Origin: an uncultured Acidimicrobiales bacterium
Lineage (GTDB): Bacteria > Actinomycetota > Acidimicrobiia > Acidimicrobiales > SZUA-35
NCBI GenBank assembly: GCA_963715325.1
Contig: CAVQRR010000013.1
Location: 192,060 to 256,059, forward strand
Direction: 5' to 3'
Length of the DNA stretch: 64,000 nt
Below, piece after piece: positions 28,068-37,529 of the stretch. The notes under the pieces are model-generated. The model was not told the origin of the DNA and made no database searches. It saw nothing but the letters and a program-made list of their open reading frames with translations. The first letter of the stretch is position 1. Every line of letters begins with the position of its first letter. The position numbers and the translations under genes were made by a program.

Positions 28068-28943
28068 CTAGGAGACGGAGGCGGCCCGGCCGGCATTGGC
28101 CAGGACGGCGTCGACCAATTCGGCCCAGCGCCGGCGGGGCAGATCGTGGGCCATGTCCGGGAACATCAACAGACGAGAGCCCGGCACCGCTTCGGCGGTG
28201 GCGATGCCCCCGCTCGGCACGACCAGCTCGTCGAGCAGACCATGAACCACCAGGGTCGGTGCGGTGACGGTGCGGAGTTCATCGGTCCGATCGGGGCTGG
28301 CGGCTATGGCCGTGAACTGCCGGACCGCGCCCTCGGGACGAAAGCTGCGCTCGATGCTGGCCTTGGCCAGCCTGCGGAGCTCGTCCTCGTCGAGGCCCGG
28401 GCTGGAGATCATCTTGGCCACCTCCACGATCTCCTCGAGGGCATTGTCCCGGGTGATCTTGGGCCGCCGCGCCAACTTCACCAGCAATGACGCCGACGAG
28501 CGTCCCTTCCGGCGGTGCCCGGTGTTGGACATGATCGAGACCATGCTCTTGACCCGCTGGCGATGGTGGATGGCCATCGTCTGAGCGATCATCCCGCCCA
28601 TCGAGATGCCGAGCACGTGGGCGCTGTCGACGTCGAGGGCGTCGAGCAGACCGACGGCATCGTCGGCCATATCGGCCAATACGTAGCCGGACTCGGGCTT
28701 GCGGCGGGTCAGCAGGGTGCGGAGCATGGCCGACGTCGACATGATCGGACCGGTCGTCTCCGAGCTCAAGCCGATGTCACGGTTGTCGAAGGCCACGACC
28801 CGGAATCGCTGTGCCAGACCGTCGACGAACTCGGCGGGCCAGTCGGTGAGCTGGCCTCCGAGACCCATGACCAGCAGCAACGGCGGCCCCGATCCCCACT
28901 CGGCGTATTCGATCAGCACTCCGTTCACATCGACGTTGGCCAT
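28068..28943 (-). CDS. Alpha/beta hydrolase
   Basis: 291-aa ORF with LLLVMGLGG, the nucleophile elbow GISMGGMIAQ, and a C-terminal MFPDMAHD histidine. Confidence 0.8.
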   Translation of the reverse strand: MANVDVNGVLIEYAEWGSGPPLLLVMGLGGQLTDWPAEFVDGLAQRFRVVAFDNRDIGLSSETTGPIMSTSAMLRTLLTRRKPESGYVLADMADDAVGLLDALDVDSAHVLGISMGGMIAQTMAIHHRQRVKSMVSIMSNTGHRRKGRSSASLLVKLARRPKITRDNALEEIVEVAKMISSPGLDEDELRRLAKASIERSFRPEGAVRQFTAIAASPDRTDELRTVTAPTLVVHGLLDELVVPSGGIATAEAVPGSRLLMFPDMAHDLPRRRWAELVDAVLANAGRAASVS

Positions 28944-29006
28944 CGCACCACCCTACGACCTCGGCCGGAAGGCACACCCAATGGCCGCTGGGCTAGCTTG
29001 ACCGGC

Positions 29007-29978
29007 ATGGCCAACTTCGCCCATCGATCGATCATGTCCTCCGGCAACCGAATCCATGTGGTCGAGCACGGGCCGCCGGACGGCAGCCCGGTGATCATGA
29101 TCCACGGCTTTCCCGAGAGCTGGTACTCGTGGCGTCATCAGCTGGCGGCCCTCGGCGACGCCGGCCATCGGGCAATGGCCATCGATGTCCGGGGCTACGG
29201 GCGCTCGGCGGCACCGGCCGAGATCGAGGCCTACGCCATGACGGCACTGGTTGGTGATGTGATCGCAGTGATCGACGAACTGGGCGCCGATGATGCGGTG
29301 GTGATCGGCCATGACTGGGGCGCCCCGATCGCCTGGAACACCGCGCTGCTCCGCCCTGATCGGGTACGGGGCGTCGCCGGGCTCTCGGTGCCATACAGCG
29401 GCCGGGGCGATGTCAGACCGCTCGACGCGTTCCGGGCCATGGCCGGCGACGAGCTCTTCTACATCGACTACTTCCAGGAACCGGGCGTGGTCGAGGCCGA
29501 GGTCGAGAAGGACCTGGCGGGCTGGCTGCGGGGCTTCTACTTCACCGCGTCTGGCGAAGCCGATCATTCCGCACCGACGATGGGACTGGTCCCCAAGGGC
29601 CGGGAGCTCCGGGAGCGATTGCAGCAACCGAAGCCGGGACAGATGGCTTGGCTCAGCGACGACGACTTCGCCTACTACCTCGGCGAGTTCGAACGCACCG
29701 GGCTCACCGGCGGCTTCAACCGGTACCGCAACATCGAACGCGACTGGAGCGAGCTCGCCCCGTGGCGGCATGCGCCGATCGCCGTACCGGCGATGTTCAT
29801 CGGCGGCGACAAGGACGGACCGACCCGTCTTGGCCAGGGGGCGATCGACCGCTTCGACCAGACCCTTCCCAAGCTGACCCGATCGGAGATCCTGGAGAAC
29901 TGCGGCCACTGGACCCAACAGGAACAGCCGGAGGCGGTGAACGAGCTCCTCCTCGGCTTCATCGCCGGCCTGGCCTGA
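29007..29978 (+). CDS. Alpha/beta hydrolase, epoxide hydrolase-like
   Basis: ATG at 29007 within ORF 28515..29978: IMIHGFPESWYSWRHQ..VIGHDWGAPIAW..NYYRN-like NRYRNIERD..CGHWTQQEQP, the epoxide hydrolase motifs. Confidence 0.8.
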   Translation: MANFAHRSIMSSGNRIHVVEHGPPDGSPVIMIHGFPESWYSWRHQLAALGDAGHRAMAIDVRGYGRSAAPAEIEAYAMTALVGDVIAVIDELGADDAVVIGHDWGAPIAWNTALLRPDRVRGVAGLSVPYSGRGDVRPLDAFRAMAGDELFYIDYFQEPGVVEAEVEKDLAGWLRGFYFTASGEADHSAPTMGLVPKGRELRERLQQPKPGQMAWLSDDDFAYYLGEFERTGLTGGFNRYRNIERDWSELAPWRHAPIAVPAMFIGGDKDGPTRLGQGAIDRFDQTLPKLTRSEILENCGHWTQQEQPEAVNELLLGFIAGLA

Positions 29979-30116
29979 GTCGAGGCGGGCGGAGCCGCCT
30001 CTCGGCGAGTTCGCCGGGAACCCTTCGGGTTCCCGGCGAACGTCGTCGGCTGAACGGTGGTGCCCCTGGGGTCAATTCCGCCGCAGGTCTCGAGTCGAGG
30101 CGGGCGGAGCCGCCTC
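29977..30116. repeat. Dispersed non-coding element, copy B: 25-bp direct repeats flanking a 90-bp core
   Basis: GAGTCGAGGCGGGCGGAGCCGCCTC occurs at 29977-30001 and 30092-30116. The core at 30016-30098 matches the reverse complement of 2264-2343. It sits between convergent genes. Confidence 0.8.
30009..30041. terminator. Strong hairpin (about 14 bp stem, UUCG loop) between convergent genes; candidate bidirectional terminator
   Basis: GTTCGCCGGGAACCC-TTC-GGGTTCCCGGCGAAC has perfect inverted arms. It lies 31 nt after the stop at 29978 (+) and 118 nt after the stop at 30159 (-). There is no clear U-tract. Confidence 0.45.
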
Positions 30117-30158
30117 CGGGGCCTCCTTCGGTGCCTGCCGGCGATGCCGGTCCCGGCT

Positions 30159-30965
30159 CTACTGTCCTTCGAAATTGGCCGGCCGCTTCTCCATGTAGGC
30201 CGACAGCGCCTCGCGGAAGTCCTTGGTCCCGAACAACGGCAACAGCGCCAGATACTGACGCTGCACATGATCTTCGAGGTTCTCGGTCATGGCGTGGCGC
30301 ATCAATCGCTTGGCCGCTCGAACGGCCAGCGGGGCGTTGGCCGCAACCTCGGTCGCAACCGCCATGGCCCGGTCCATCAGGGCATCCGCCGGCACAACTT
30401 CGCTCACCAGCCCGGCTTCCAGCGCCTCGGCTGCGGTCAGTGTTCTAGCGGTGAACAACAGCTCGGCCGCCGTCGACCAGCCGACGATCCTCGGCAGCAA
30501 CCAGGTGCCACCGCTCTCGGGAACCAGACCACGGGCGGTGTATGCCGCCGACAGCTTCGCCTTGTCCGACGCCAGGCGTATGTCGCAACCGAGGGCCAGA
30601 TCCATCCCGTAGCCCGCGGCACCGCCGTTCAAAGCGGCGATGGTCGGGGTGTCGATCTTGTTCAGCACCACCGGCGGCGCGGAGCGGAGATCGAACTCGC
30701 CGCTCATCGTCTCCCCACCGTCACCCCCGATGCCCTCGCCGGACGATGCGGCGGCGATGTCCAAGCCGGCGCACCAGGCCCGGCCGTTGCCGGTGATGAC
30801 GATGACCCGGACCTCGGGGTCGGCGTCGGCCTCGAGCAACAACTCCGACAGCCGGTTGAGCATGGTGGTTGTGATGGTGTTCATGCGATCAGGCCGGTTG
30901 AAGGTCAGCGTCGCGATGTGACCGTCGACGTCGTAGAGCAGCTGTTGGGTCGGTTCCTGAGCCAT
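30159..30965 (-). CDS. Enoyl-CoA hydratase/isomerase (crotonase) family protein
   Basis: C-terminal 268 aa of ORF 30159..31427, from the ATG at 30965: [59 protein letters not shown]. Confidence 0.85.
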   Translation of the reverse strand: MAQEPTQQLLYDVDGHIATLTFNRPDRMNTITTTMLNRLSELLLEADADPEVRVIVITGNGRAWCAGLDIAAASSGEGIGGDGGETMSGEFDLRSAPPVVLNKIDTPTIAALNGGAAGYGMDLALGCDIRLASDKAKLSAAYTARGLVPESGGTWLLPRIVGWSTAAELLFTARTLTAAEALEAGLVSEVVPADALMDRAMAVATEVAANAPLAVRAAKRLMRHAMTENLEDHVQRQYLALLPLFGTKDFREALSAYMEKRPANFEGQ

Positions 30966-31041
30966 GGCACAAAACGTAGGGCAGCAACCATCGCCCCACC
31001 AGCTGGGCTCGGACCGGCCGGCACCGATACTGTTTGCAATC

Positions 31042-32094
31042 GTGCGCAGCCCAAAAGACTTCTTCAAGCCCTTGGCCGTCGGAGCCCCGGCGCCGATCAC
31101 CGAGATCCCCTTCCGGCCGAGCCGGATGATCCACTTCTTCCCGCCCTCGGTGCCGAAGATGGTGGCCAAGCTGCCCGAGATCGTGCCCACGGTCGACATC
31201 ATCCTCGGCAACCTGGAGGATGGCGTCCCGGCATCGGACAAGGAGGCCGCTCGCGAAGGCTTGATCCAGGTCGGCAAGACGGTCGACATGGGCGACACCC
31301 AGTTCTGGACCAGGCTCAACTCCCTCGACTCGCCGTGGTTCCTCGATGACATCCACCGGGCGGTGACCGAGATCGGCGACGCGCTGGACGTTGTCATGAT
31401 TCCCAAGGTCGAGGGCCCGGAGGACATCCACTACGTCGACCGGCTCCTGGCCCAGCTGGAGGCCAAGGCCGGTCTGCAACGACCGATCCTGGTTCACGCC
31501 CTGCTGGAAACGGCCCGTGGCGTGACCAACCTGGAGTCGATCTGTGCCGCCTCCCCCAGGATGCAGGGCCTGTCCCTCGGCCCCGCCGATCTGGCGGCAA
31601 ACCGTCGCATGAAGACCACCAGGGTCGGCGGCGGCCATCCGGGGTACCTGGTCAGGGTCGATCCCGAGGATCCAGACGACATCCACGGTCCCCGCCAGAC
31701 CTTCCAGCAGGATCTGTGGCACTACACCACCGCCCGTATGGTCGACGCCTGCGTCAGCAACGGGATCCTGCCGTTCTACGGGCCGTTCGGAGACATCAAG
31801 GACACCGTTGCCTGCGAGGACCAGTTCCGAAACGCCTACCTGCTCGGCTGCGTCGGGGCGTGGAGCCTGCATCCGGTCCAGATCGACATCGCAAAGCGGG
31901 TCTTCAGCCCCGACCCGGCCGAGGTCGTCCACGCCCAACGGGTCATCGACGCCATGGGTGACGGCACCGGGGCCATCATGCTGGACGGCAAGATGGAAGA
32001 CGACGCCTCGGTCAAGCAGTGCCAGGTGGTGGTCGAACTGGCCAGGAACCTGGCAGCCCGGGACCCGGAACTGGCCGAACGCTACGGATTCTGA
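31042..32094 (+). CDS. mcl: L-malyl-CoA/beta-methylmalyl-CoA lyase (HpcH/CitE superfamily)
   Basis: In-frame GTG at 31042: ..[97 protein letters not shown] closely parallels Chloroflexus/Rhodobacter Mcl as recalled. Confidence 0.8.
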   Translation: MRSPKDFFKPLAVGAPAPITEIPFRPSRMIHFFPPSVPKMVAKLPEIVPTVDIILGNLEDGVPASDKEAAREGLIQVGKTVDMGDTQFWTRLNSLDSPWFLDDIHRAVTEIGDALDVVMIPKVEGPEDIHYVDRLLAQLEAKAGLQRPILVHALLETARGVTNLESICAASPRMQGLSLGPADLAANRRMKTTRVGGGHPGYLVRVDPEDPDDIHGPRQTFQQDLWHYTTARMVDACVSNGILPFYGPFGDIKDTVACEDQFRNAYLLGCVGAWSLHPVQIDIAKRVFSPDPAEVVHAQRVIDAMGDGTGAIMLDGKMEDDASVKQCQVVVELARNLAARDPELAERYGF

Positions 32095-32113
32095 CGGAGA
32101 TCGGAACGAACCC

Positions 32114-33151
32114 ATGACCAGCTCTTCCGACGACGACACCCGAACCGGCGGCGATGACTCGCTGCGACCTCGTCGCGATGACTCGCTGCGACCACGTCGC
32201 GATGACTCGCTGCGACCGCGTCGCGATGACTCGCTGCGACCACGTCGCGATGACTCGCTGCGACCGCGTCGCGATGACTCGCTGCGACCGCGTCGCAGTG
32301 TCCTGTACATGCCTGCGGCCAACGAGCGGGCGCTGGAGAAGGCGAAGGCGATCCCCGCCGATGCGCTGATCTTCGACCTGGAGGATGCAGTTGCCCCCGA
32401 CGCCAAGGAAACCGCGAGAGCCCAGGCCGCGGCGGCCGTGGCTTCCGATGCCTATGGCAACCGGGAGCTCACCATCCGCTGCAACGGGCTCGATACGCCC
32501 TGGGGGGCCGATGACCTGGCGGCAGCAGCCGAAGCCCGGCCCCGGGCGGTGGTCATCCCCAAGGTCGACTCCGTGGCCGCTCTCGATGCGGTATCCGAAG
32601 CGCTCGATCGAGCCGGAGCGCCGCCAGACGTTGCGATCTGGGCCATGATCGAGACACCGACCGCAATCTTCGATGCCCGCGCCCTGGCCGCCCACCCCCG
32701 GGTCGAGGTGCTGGTGATGGGAACCAACGATCTGGCAAAGGAGCTGCGGCTCCGTCCAGCCGCCGACGGCGGCAACGACCGCCAGGCCCTGGTCCCCCAC
32801 CTGGCCACCGCGTTGCTGGCGGCCAGGGAGGCGGGCAAGGTCATCCTCGACGGGGTCTACAACGACATCAAGGACATCGACGGGTTCACCGCCGAGTGTG
32901 TGCAGGGAGCTCAACTCGGCTTCGATGGCAAGACGCTGATCCATCCCGGTCAGGTGGAGATCGCAAACGACACCTGGGCACCGGACGCCGACGAGGTCGA
33001 AGACGCGGAGCGGGTCATCCGGGCCTTCACCGAGGCCCAGGCCGCGGGCCGGGGCGTGGTCACCGTCGACGGCCGGATGATCGAGAACCTCCACGTCGAA
33101 AACGCCCGCCGGACCCTGGCCGTGGCCAAGGCGATCGCCGAACGCCGCTGA
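32114..33151 (+). CDS. CitE-like protein (malyl-CoA thioesterase/lyase family) with a repeat-containing N-terminal extension
   Basis: ATG at 32114. After six DDSLRPRR units comes the CitE core: RRSVLYMPAANERALEKAKAIPADALIFDLEDAVAP..VIPKV..WAMIETP..GTNDL..GFDGKTLIHPGQV. Confidence 0.75.
   Translation: MTSSSDDDTRTGGDDSLRPRRDDSLRPRRDDSLRPRRDDSLRPRRDDSLRPRRDDSLRPRRSVLYMPAANERALEKAKAIPADALIFDLEDAVAPDAKETARAQAAAAVASDAYGNRELTIRCNGLDTPWGADDLAAAAEARPRAVVIPKVDSVAALDAVSEALDRAGAPPDVAIWAMIETPTAIFDARALAAHPRVEVLVMGTNDLAKELRLRPAADGGNDRQALVPHLATALLAAREAGKVILDGVYNDIKDIDGFTAECVQGAQLGFDGKTLIHPGQVEIANDTWAPDADEVEDAERVIRAFTEAQAAGRGVVTVDGRMIENLHVENARRTLAVAKAIAERR
32153..32296 (+). repeat. In-frame 24-bp tandem repeat x6 (GATGACTCGCTGCGACCNCGTCGC = DDSLRPRR)
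   Basis: Six exact units that differ only at the third base of the Pro codon (CCT, CCA, CCG, CCA, CCG, CCG). Confidence 0.95.
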
Positions 33152-33185
33152 TTGGCCGCCGCCGCCACCTGACCGACCGGTCGAG

Positions 33186-34589
33186 CTACAGCCGGGACAC
33201 GCCTTCGTTCGTGGCTGCGGCGAAGACCGCTTCGGCAACCCGAACCGACACCGACTTGTCGAACACCGACGGGATGATGAAATCGGCCGCCAGCAGATCG
33301 GCGGTCACCGACTCGGCGATGGCGGTCGCCGCCGCCAGCTTCATGCCCTCGGTGATGTCGCTGGCCCTGGCATCGAGCGCCCCCCGGAAGATGCCGGGGA
33401 AGGCCAGCACGTTGTTGATCTGGTTCGGATAGTCGCTCCGGCCGGTGGCCATGACCGCCACCAGCCCCTCGACCTGCTCGGGCAGGATCTCCGGATCGGG
33501 ATTGGCCATGGCGAACACGATCGGATCATGGGCCATCGAACGGACGTCGTCGGCAGTGATCAAGCCGGGCCCGCTGAGGCCGAGGAACACGTCTGCGCCG
33601 GCCAAGACCTCACCGGCAGAGCCCTTCTGGCAGTCCTGGTTCGTGTTCTCGGCGAACCACTGCTTCGCCGAATTCAGGCCGTCGCGGCCGTGATAGACCG
33701 CGCCGGCCCGATCGAGACCGACGATGTGACCGGCACCCGCCTCCAGCAGGATCTTGCCGACGGCGATACCGGCCGCGCCGAGCCCGGCGATCACGAACCG
33801 GGTGTTCTCGATGTTCTTGTCTACCAGCTTCAAGGCGTTGACAACGCCGGCCAAGGCCACGACCGCGGTGCCGTGCTGGTCGTCGTGGAAGACCGGGATG
33901 TCCAGCCGCTTCTTGAGCGCCGCCTCGATCTCGAACGCCCCCGGGGCGGCGATGTCCTCCAGATTGATGCCACCGAAGGTCGGGGCCAATCGGACCACCG
34001 TCTCGATGACCTCCTCGGCGCTGGACACGTCGAGGCAGATGGGGAAGGCATCGACGTCGCCGAACTCCTTGAACAGCAGCGCCTTGCCCTCCATCACCGG
34101 CATCGCCGCCTTCGGCCCGATGTTTCCCAGGCCGAGCACCGCCGTGCCGTCGCTCACGATGGCCACGGTGTTCTTGCGGATCGTGTACTCGTCGGCCAGC
34201 CGCTCATCGGCCGCAATCGCCTTGCAGACGCGGGCGACACCCGGGGTGTATGCCATCGAGAGATCGTCCTCGTCGCCGACGGGGAAAAGGGGCAGCACCT
34301 CGATCTTGCCACCCTCGTGCATGCGGAAGGTCCGGTCGTAGTGTTCGAGGACCGTCACGCCGCCGACCGCGGCGGCTGCGGCCAGCACCTCGTTCTGATG
34401 CTCGACGCTGGAACAATTGACCACGATGTTGCGCTCGAGCACCGGACCCTTCGCCACGAATCCCTCGATGGCGAAGATGTTGCCGCCCGCGTCGCCGATG
34501 GCCGAGGCAAGGCTGCCGAGCACGCCCGGCACGTTGTCCAGCCGGACCCGGAGATTGAGCGAATACTGAGCTGCTGTCGTGGAACTCAT
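33186..34589 (-). CDS. NAD(P)-dependent malic enzyme with an N-terminal ACT-like domain
   Basis: 467-aa ORF with LSMAYTPGVA..VSDGTAVLGLGNIG..MEGKALLFK..FGGINLEDI..HDDQHGTA..AGLGAAGIA..NPDPEI motifs. An ACT-like regulatory segment of about 80 aa precedes them. Confidence 0.85.
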   Translation of the reverse strand: MSSTTAAQYSLNLRVRLDNVPGVLGSLASAIGDAGGNIFAIEGFVAKGPVLERNIVVNCSSVEHQNEVLAAAAAVGGVTVLEHYDRTFRMHEGGKIEVLPLFPVGDEDDLSMAYTPGVARVCKAIAADERLADEYTIRKNTVAIVSDGTAVLGLGNIGPKAAMPVMEGKALLFKEFGDVDAFPICLDVSSAEEVIETVVRLAPTFGGINLEDIAAPGAFEIEAALKKRLDIPVFHDDQHGTAVVALAGVVNALKLVDKNIENTRFVIAGLGAAGIAVGKILLEAGAGHIVGLDRAGAVYHGRDGLNSAKQWFAENTNQDCQKGSAGEVLAGADVFLGLSGPGLITADDVRSMAHDPIVFAMANPDPEILPEQVEGLVAVMATGRSDYPNQINNVLAFPGIFRGALDARASDITEGMKLAAATAIAESVTADLLAADFIIPSVFDKSVSVRVAEAVFAAATNEGVSRL

Positions 34590-34671
34590 GGCATGAGGCT
34601 ATTGGGTCCGACGCCACCCCGGACCCGGCCACCCGAGATTCCATCCAACCGGAAGGTCGGGCTGGTACCGG

Positions 34672-35292
34672 TCACATACGATCGAGCAGCTCGTTCTTCT
34701 TCTGGTCGAACTCGGCATTGCTGATGATGCCCTTGCGCCGCAGTTCGTCGAGCTTCTCGATCTGTTCGGGGATCGACAAGCCGCTGCCGAGGTTGCGACC
34801 AACCCGGTCGTATTTGCGGTTCTCGTTGCTCTCCATCTGCCGGTAGATCTCGTTCTGCACATTGAGCGGCCTTCGGATGTCGGAGAACTGCTGTGACCCC
34901 TGCTCACCGGCCGACTCGATCTCCAGGTCACCCGATCCGATCAGCCGCTCGAAGAACGACTGGCTGAAGAACACCGTGTTGACCCGCTCCAGCGGGATCT
35001 CGGTGCCCTGACGGCTGAACACACCGGACCGGTTGATCAGCCGATCGGTGGTGACGATGAAGCTGGTGGTGGACCAGACGATGTAGCGACCGATGAACCA
35101 CACCAGAATCACGACGATCAAGCCAAGCGCGATGATGGTCACCACCGACTGCTGGATCCACACCGCGGCCACCACCCCGAGCATCAACGACCAGAACAGG
35201 GCCAGGGCCTGGGTGGCGAAGAACCACCAGTGAGGCTTGAGGTCGAGGACGACCTCCTCGTTGGAGTACGCCTGGTCTTCGCGGAACGCCAC
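34672..35292 (-). CDS. Membrane bPH (YdbS/YdbT-like) domain protein with a C-terminal SHOCT domain
   Basis: 206-aa ORF (GTG start). It has two TM helices, then the PH-like region TTDRLINRSGVFSRQGTEIPLERV..GDLEIES. The C-terminus SIPEQIEKLDELRRKGIISNAEFDQKKNELL is a SHOCT motif. Confidence 0.65.
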   Translation of the reverse strand: MAFREDQAYSNEEVVLDLKPHWWFFATQALALFWSLMLGVVAAVWIQQSVVTIIALGLIVVILVWFIGRYIVWSTTSFIVTTDRLINRSGVFSRQGTEIPLERVNTVFFSQSFFERLIGSGDLEIESAGEQGSQQFSDIRRPLNVQNEIYRQMESNENRKYDRVGRNLGSGLSIPEQIEKLDELRRKGIISNAEFDQKKNELLDRM

Positions 35293-35377
35293 GCTCCAAT
35301 GGTAACTGCTGGCGGCGGCCGGCTCGCCATGATCGACCGATCAAACCCGACGGGGCACGGTCGGCTTCGGCACCGAG

Positions 35378-37489
35378 ATGTCCGACCGGGCGGCTAAGGT
35401 CGGATCCGTGGACGTGGGGGACGCCGAACAACAGACCGAGCAGCTGTTCGACGCAGGGCCGGTCCATCGCTTCGAGACGGCGATCGATCGGGGCGGTCAT
35501 GGGCCCGATCACCTCCTCGACGGTCTCAACCAGTCACAGGTCCGGGCGGTCATCACCCCCGGCGGGCCCCTGGTGGTCCTGGCCGGGGCCGGATCCGGCA
35601 AGACCCGGGTCCTGACCAGGAGGATCGCCTGGCGGATCCTGCGGGGCGAGACCGACCCGAACCGGGTCCTGACCCTCACCTTCACCAGGAAGGCGGCGGC
35701 CGAGCTGCGGGATCGCCAGTATCGTCTCGGGCTGCGCGATCGGGTGCCGGCGGGAACCTTCCACGGCATCGCATTGACCCAGCTCCGCCAGCGGTGGAAC
35801 GAGCGCCGCACCATCCCGCCGACCCTGCTCGACCGCAAGCTCCGATTCGTGGCCCAGCTCGCCCCCCAACGGAAGGGGGTCGAGATCACAGACGTCGTGG
35901 CCGAGATCGATTGGGCCCGGGCCAGGATGATCGAACCGGACCGATACCACGAGGCGGCGCTGCGAGCCGGTCGGACGCCACCGCTGCCGGCCGAAGAGCT
36001 GGCGGCGCTGATGGTGCGCTATCAGCAGGAGAAGCGCCGTAAGCGGCTGGTCGACTTCGACGATCTGCTGCTGCTGGCCATCCGAGACCTGCGAGCCGAT
36101 GCCGACTACGCGGCGGCGGTGCGGTGGCGGCACCGGCACTTCTACGTCGACGAGTTCCAGGATGTCAACCCGTTGCAGTTCGCCCTGCTCCAGGAGTGGC
36201 TCGGCGACCGGGACGACCTGTTCCTCGTCGGCGATCCCAACCAGGCCATCTACGGCTGGAACGGCGCCGACCCGCACCTGCTGCAGCACATGGCAGACGG
36301 CGCCGGCTCCACGGTGATCGAGCTGAACGACAACTACCGTTCGACCCCCCAGGTCCTCAGCCTGGCCGGCGCCACCCTCGGTGCGCTGGCGGCGTCGAAA
36401 CTCCGGGCCCACCGGCCCGGCGGTCCGGCACCGACGCTCACCTCCTTCGCCGACGACCGAGCCGAGGCCGACGGCATCGCGGACGCGATCCAACAGGCGA
36501 AGGGCTGGGGGGAGGCATGGTCCGATCAGGCCGTCCTGGTCCGGACCAACGCCCAGTCGGTGGTGATCGAGCAGGCGCTGACCGAACGGGGCATCCCGTG
36601 CCGGCTGCGAAGCGGACCGGGCCCTCTCGGTGCTCCCGAGGTCAGGGCCGAGCTCAAGGCGATCGTGCGCGACGGGATCGATCTCATCGTCAGCCTGGAG
36701 GAGCTCGACGAGCGACTGGCCGCCCTGGCCGCCGAGCAGACCAAGATCAGCGTCGACCGATACAACAACCTGGCGGCGCTGAGCCGGGTGATCCACGAAT
36801 ACATCACCATCGATCCCCAGCCGAACGGGCCGGGGCTGGCAGCCTGGGTCGACACCATGCAGCGGGGCGATGTCGACAGCAGCACCGACTCGGTGGATCT
36901 CGTCACCTTTCACGGGGCCAAGGGCCTGGAGTGGCCGGTCGTGCACGTCGCCGGGCTCGAAGACGGCTTCGTTCCCATCGCATACGCCAAGACAGACGCC
37001 CAACTCCAGGAAGAGCAGCGGTTGCTCTACGTGGCGCTGACCAGGGCCCAAACCGAGATCCACCTCAGTTGGGCCATGGAGCGAACCTTCGGTACCCGAG
37101 CGGCAAAGCGCAAGCCGGCGCCGATGCTCGACACGCTGGCTGCGGCCATCGCCGCCATCGGTCCCGGTATGTCCTCCAAGGTGGACTGGCGGGCACAGAT
37201 CGAGCGGACCAGACGCCGCATCCCCGGTGTCGAAACCGGTGCGGTGGCGGCCCGGTCGGTCGATGTTCTGGCCGAGCTGCGGCAGTGGCGGGCCCGCAAG
37301 GCCAGGGCGGCCGGTGTGCCCCACCACGTCATCCTCAACGATCAGATCCTCAAGGTGATCGCCGAGCAACGACCGACCACCCGGGCACAACTGGCCACGA
37401 TGCCGGGGATGCGGCCGACCAAACTGCAGCGATACGGTGACGAGCTGCTCACGGTGGTTTCAGCCCGGCCAGCCGACAGCGATTGCTGA
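35378..37489 (+). CDS. UvrD/PcrA-family DNA helicase with a C-terminal HRDC domain (UvrD2-like)
   Basis: 703-aa ORF with LAGAGSGKTRVLT, TFHG, VDEFQDVN, GDPNQAIYGWNGA, TFHGAKGLEW and LLYVALTRA helicase motifs. The C-terminus ELRQWRARKARAAGVPHHVILNDQILKVIAEQRP..LQRYGDELL is an HRDC domain. Confidence 0.85.
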   Translation: MSDRAAKVGSVDVGDAEQQTEQLFDAGPVHRFETAIDRGGHGPDHLLDGLNQSQVRAVITPGGPLVVLAGAGSGKTRVLTRRIAWRILRGETDPNRVLTLTFTRKAAAELRDRQYRLGLRDRVPAGTFHGIALTQLRQRWNERRTIPPTLLDRKLRFVAQLAPQRKGVEITDVVAEIDWARARMIEPDRYHEAALRAGRTPPLPAEELAALMVRYQQEKRRKRLVDFDDLLLLAIRDLRADADYAAAVRWRHRHFYVDEFQDVNPLQFALLQEWLGDRDDLFLVGDPNQAIYGWNGADPHLLQHMADGAGSTVIELNDNYRSTPQVLSLAGATLGALAASKLRAHRPGGPAPTLTSFADDRAEADGIADAIQQAKGWGEAWSDQAVLVRTNAQSVVIEQALTERGIPCRLRSGPGPLGAPEVRAELKAIVRDGIDLIVSLEELDERLAALAAEQTKISVDRYNNLAALSRVIHEYITIDPQPNGPGLAAWVDTMQRGDVDSSTDSVDLVTFHGAKGLEWPVVHVAGLEDGFVPIAYAKTDAQLQEEQRLLYVALTRAQTEIHLSWAMERTFGTRAAKRKPAPMLDTLAAAIAAIGPGMSSKVDWRAQIERTRRRIPGVETGAVAARSVDVLAELRQWRARKARAAGVPHHVILNDQILKVIAEQRPTTRAQLATMPGMRPTKLQRYGDELLTVVSARPADSDC

Positions 37490-37529
37490 GGAGCTCGGAG
37501 AGCGGGGGCGACCGCTCGGTCGCTTTCGA

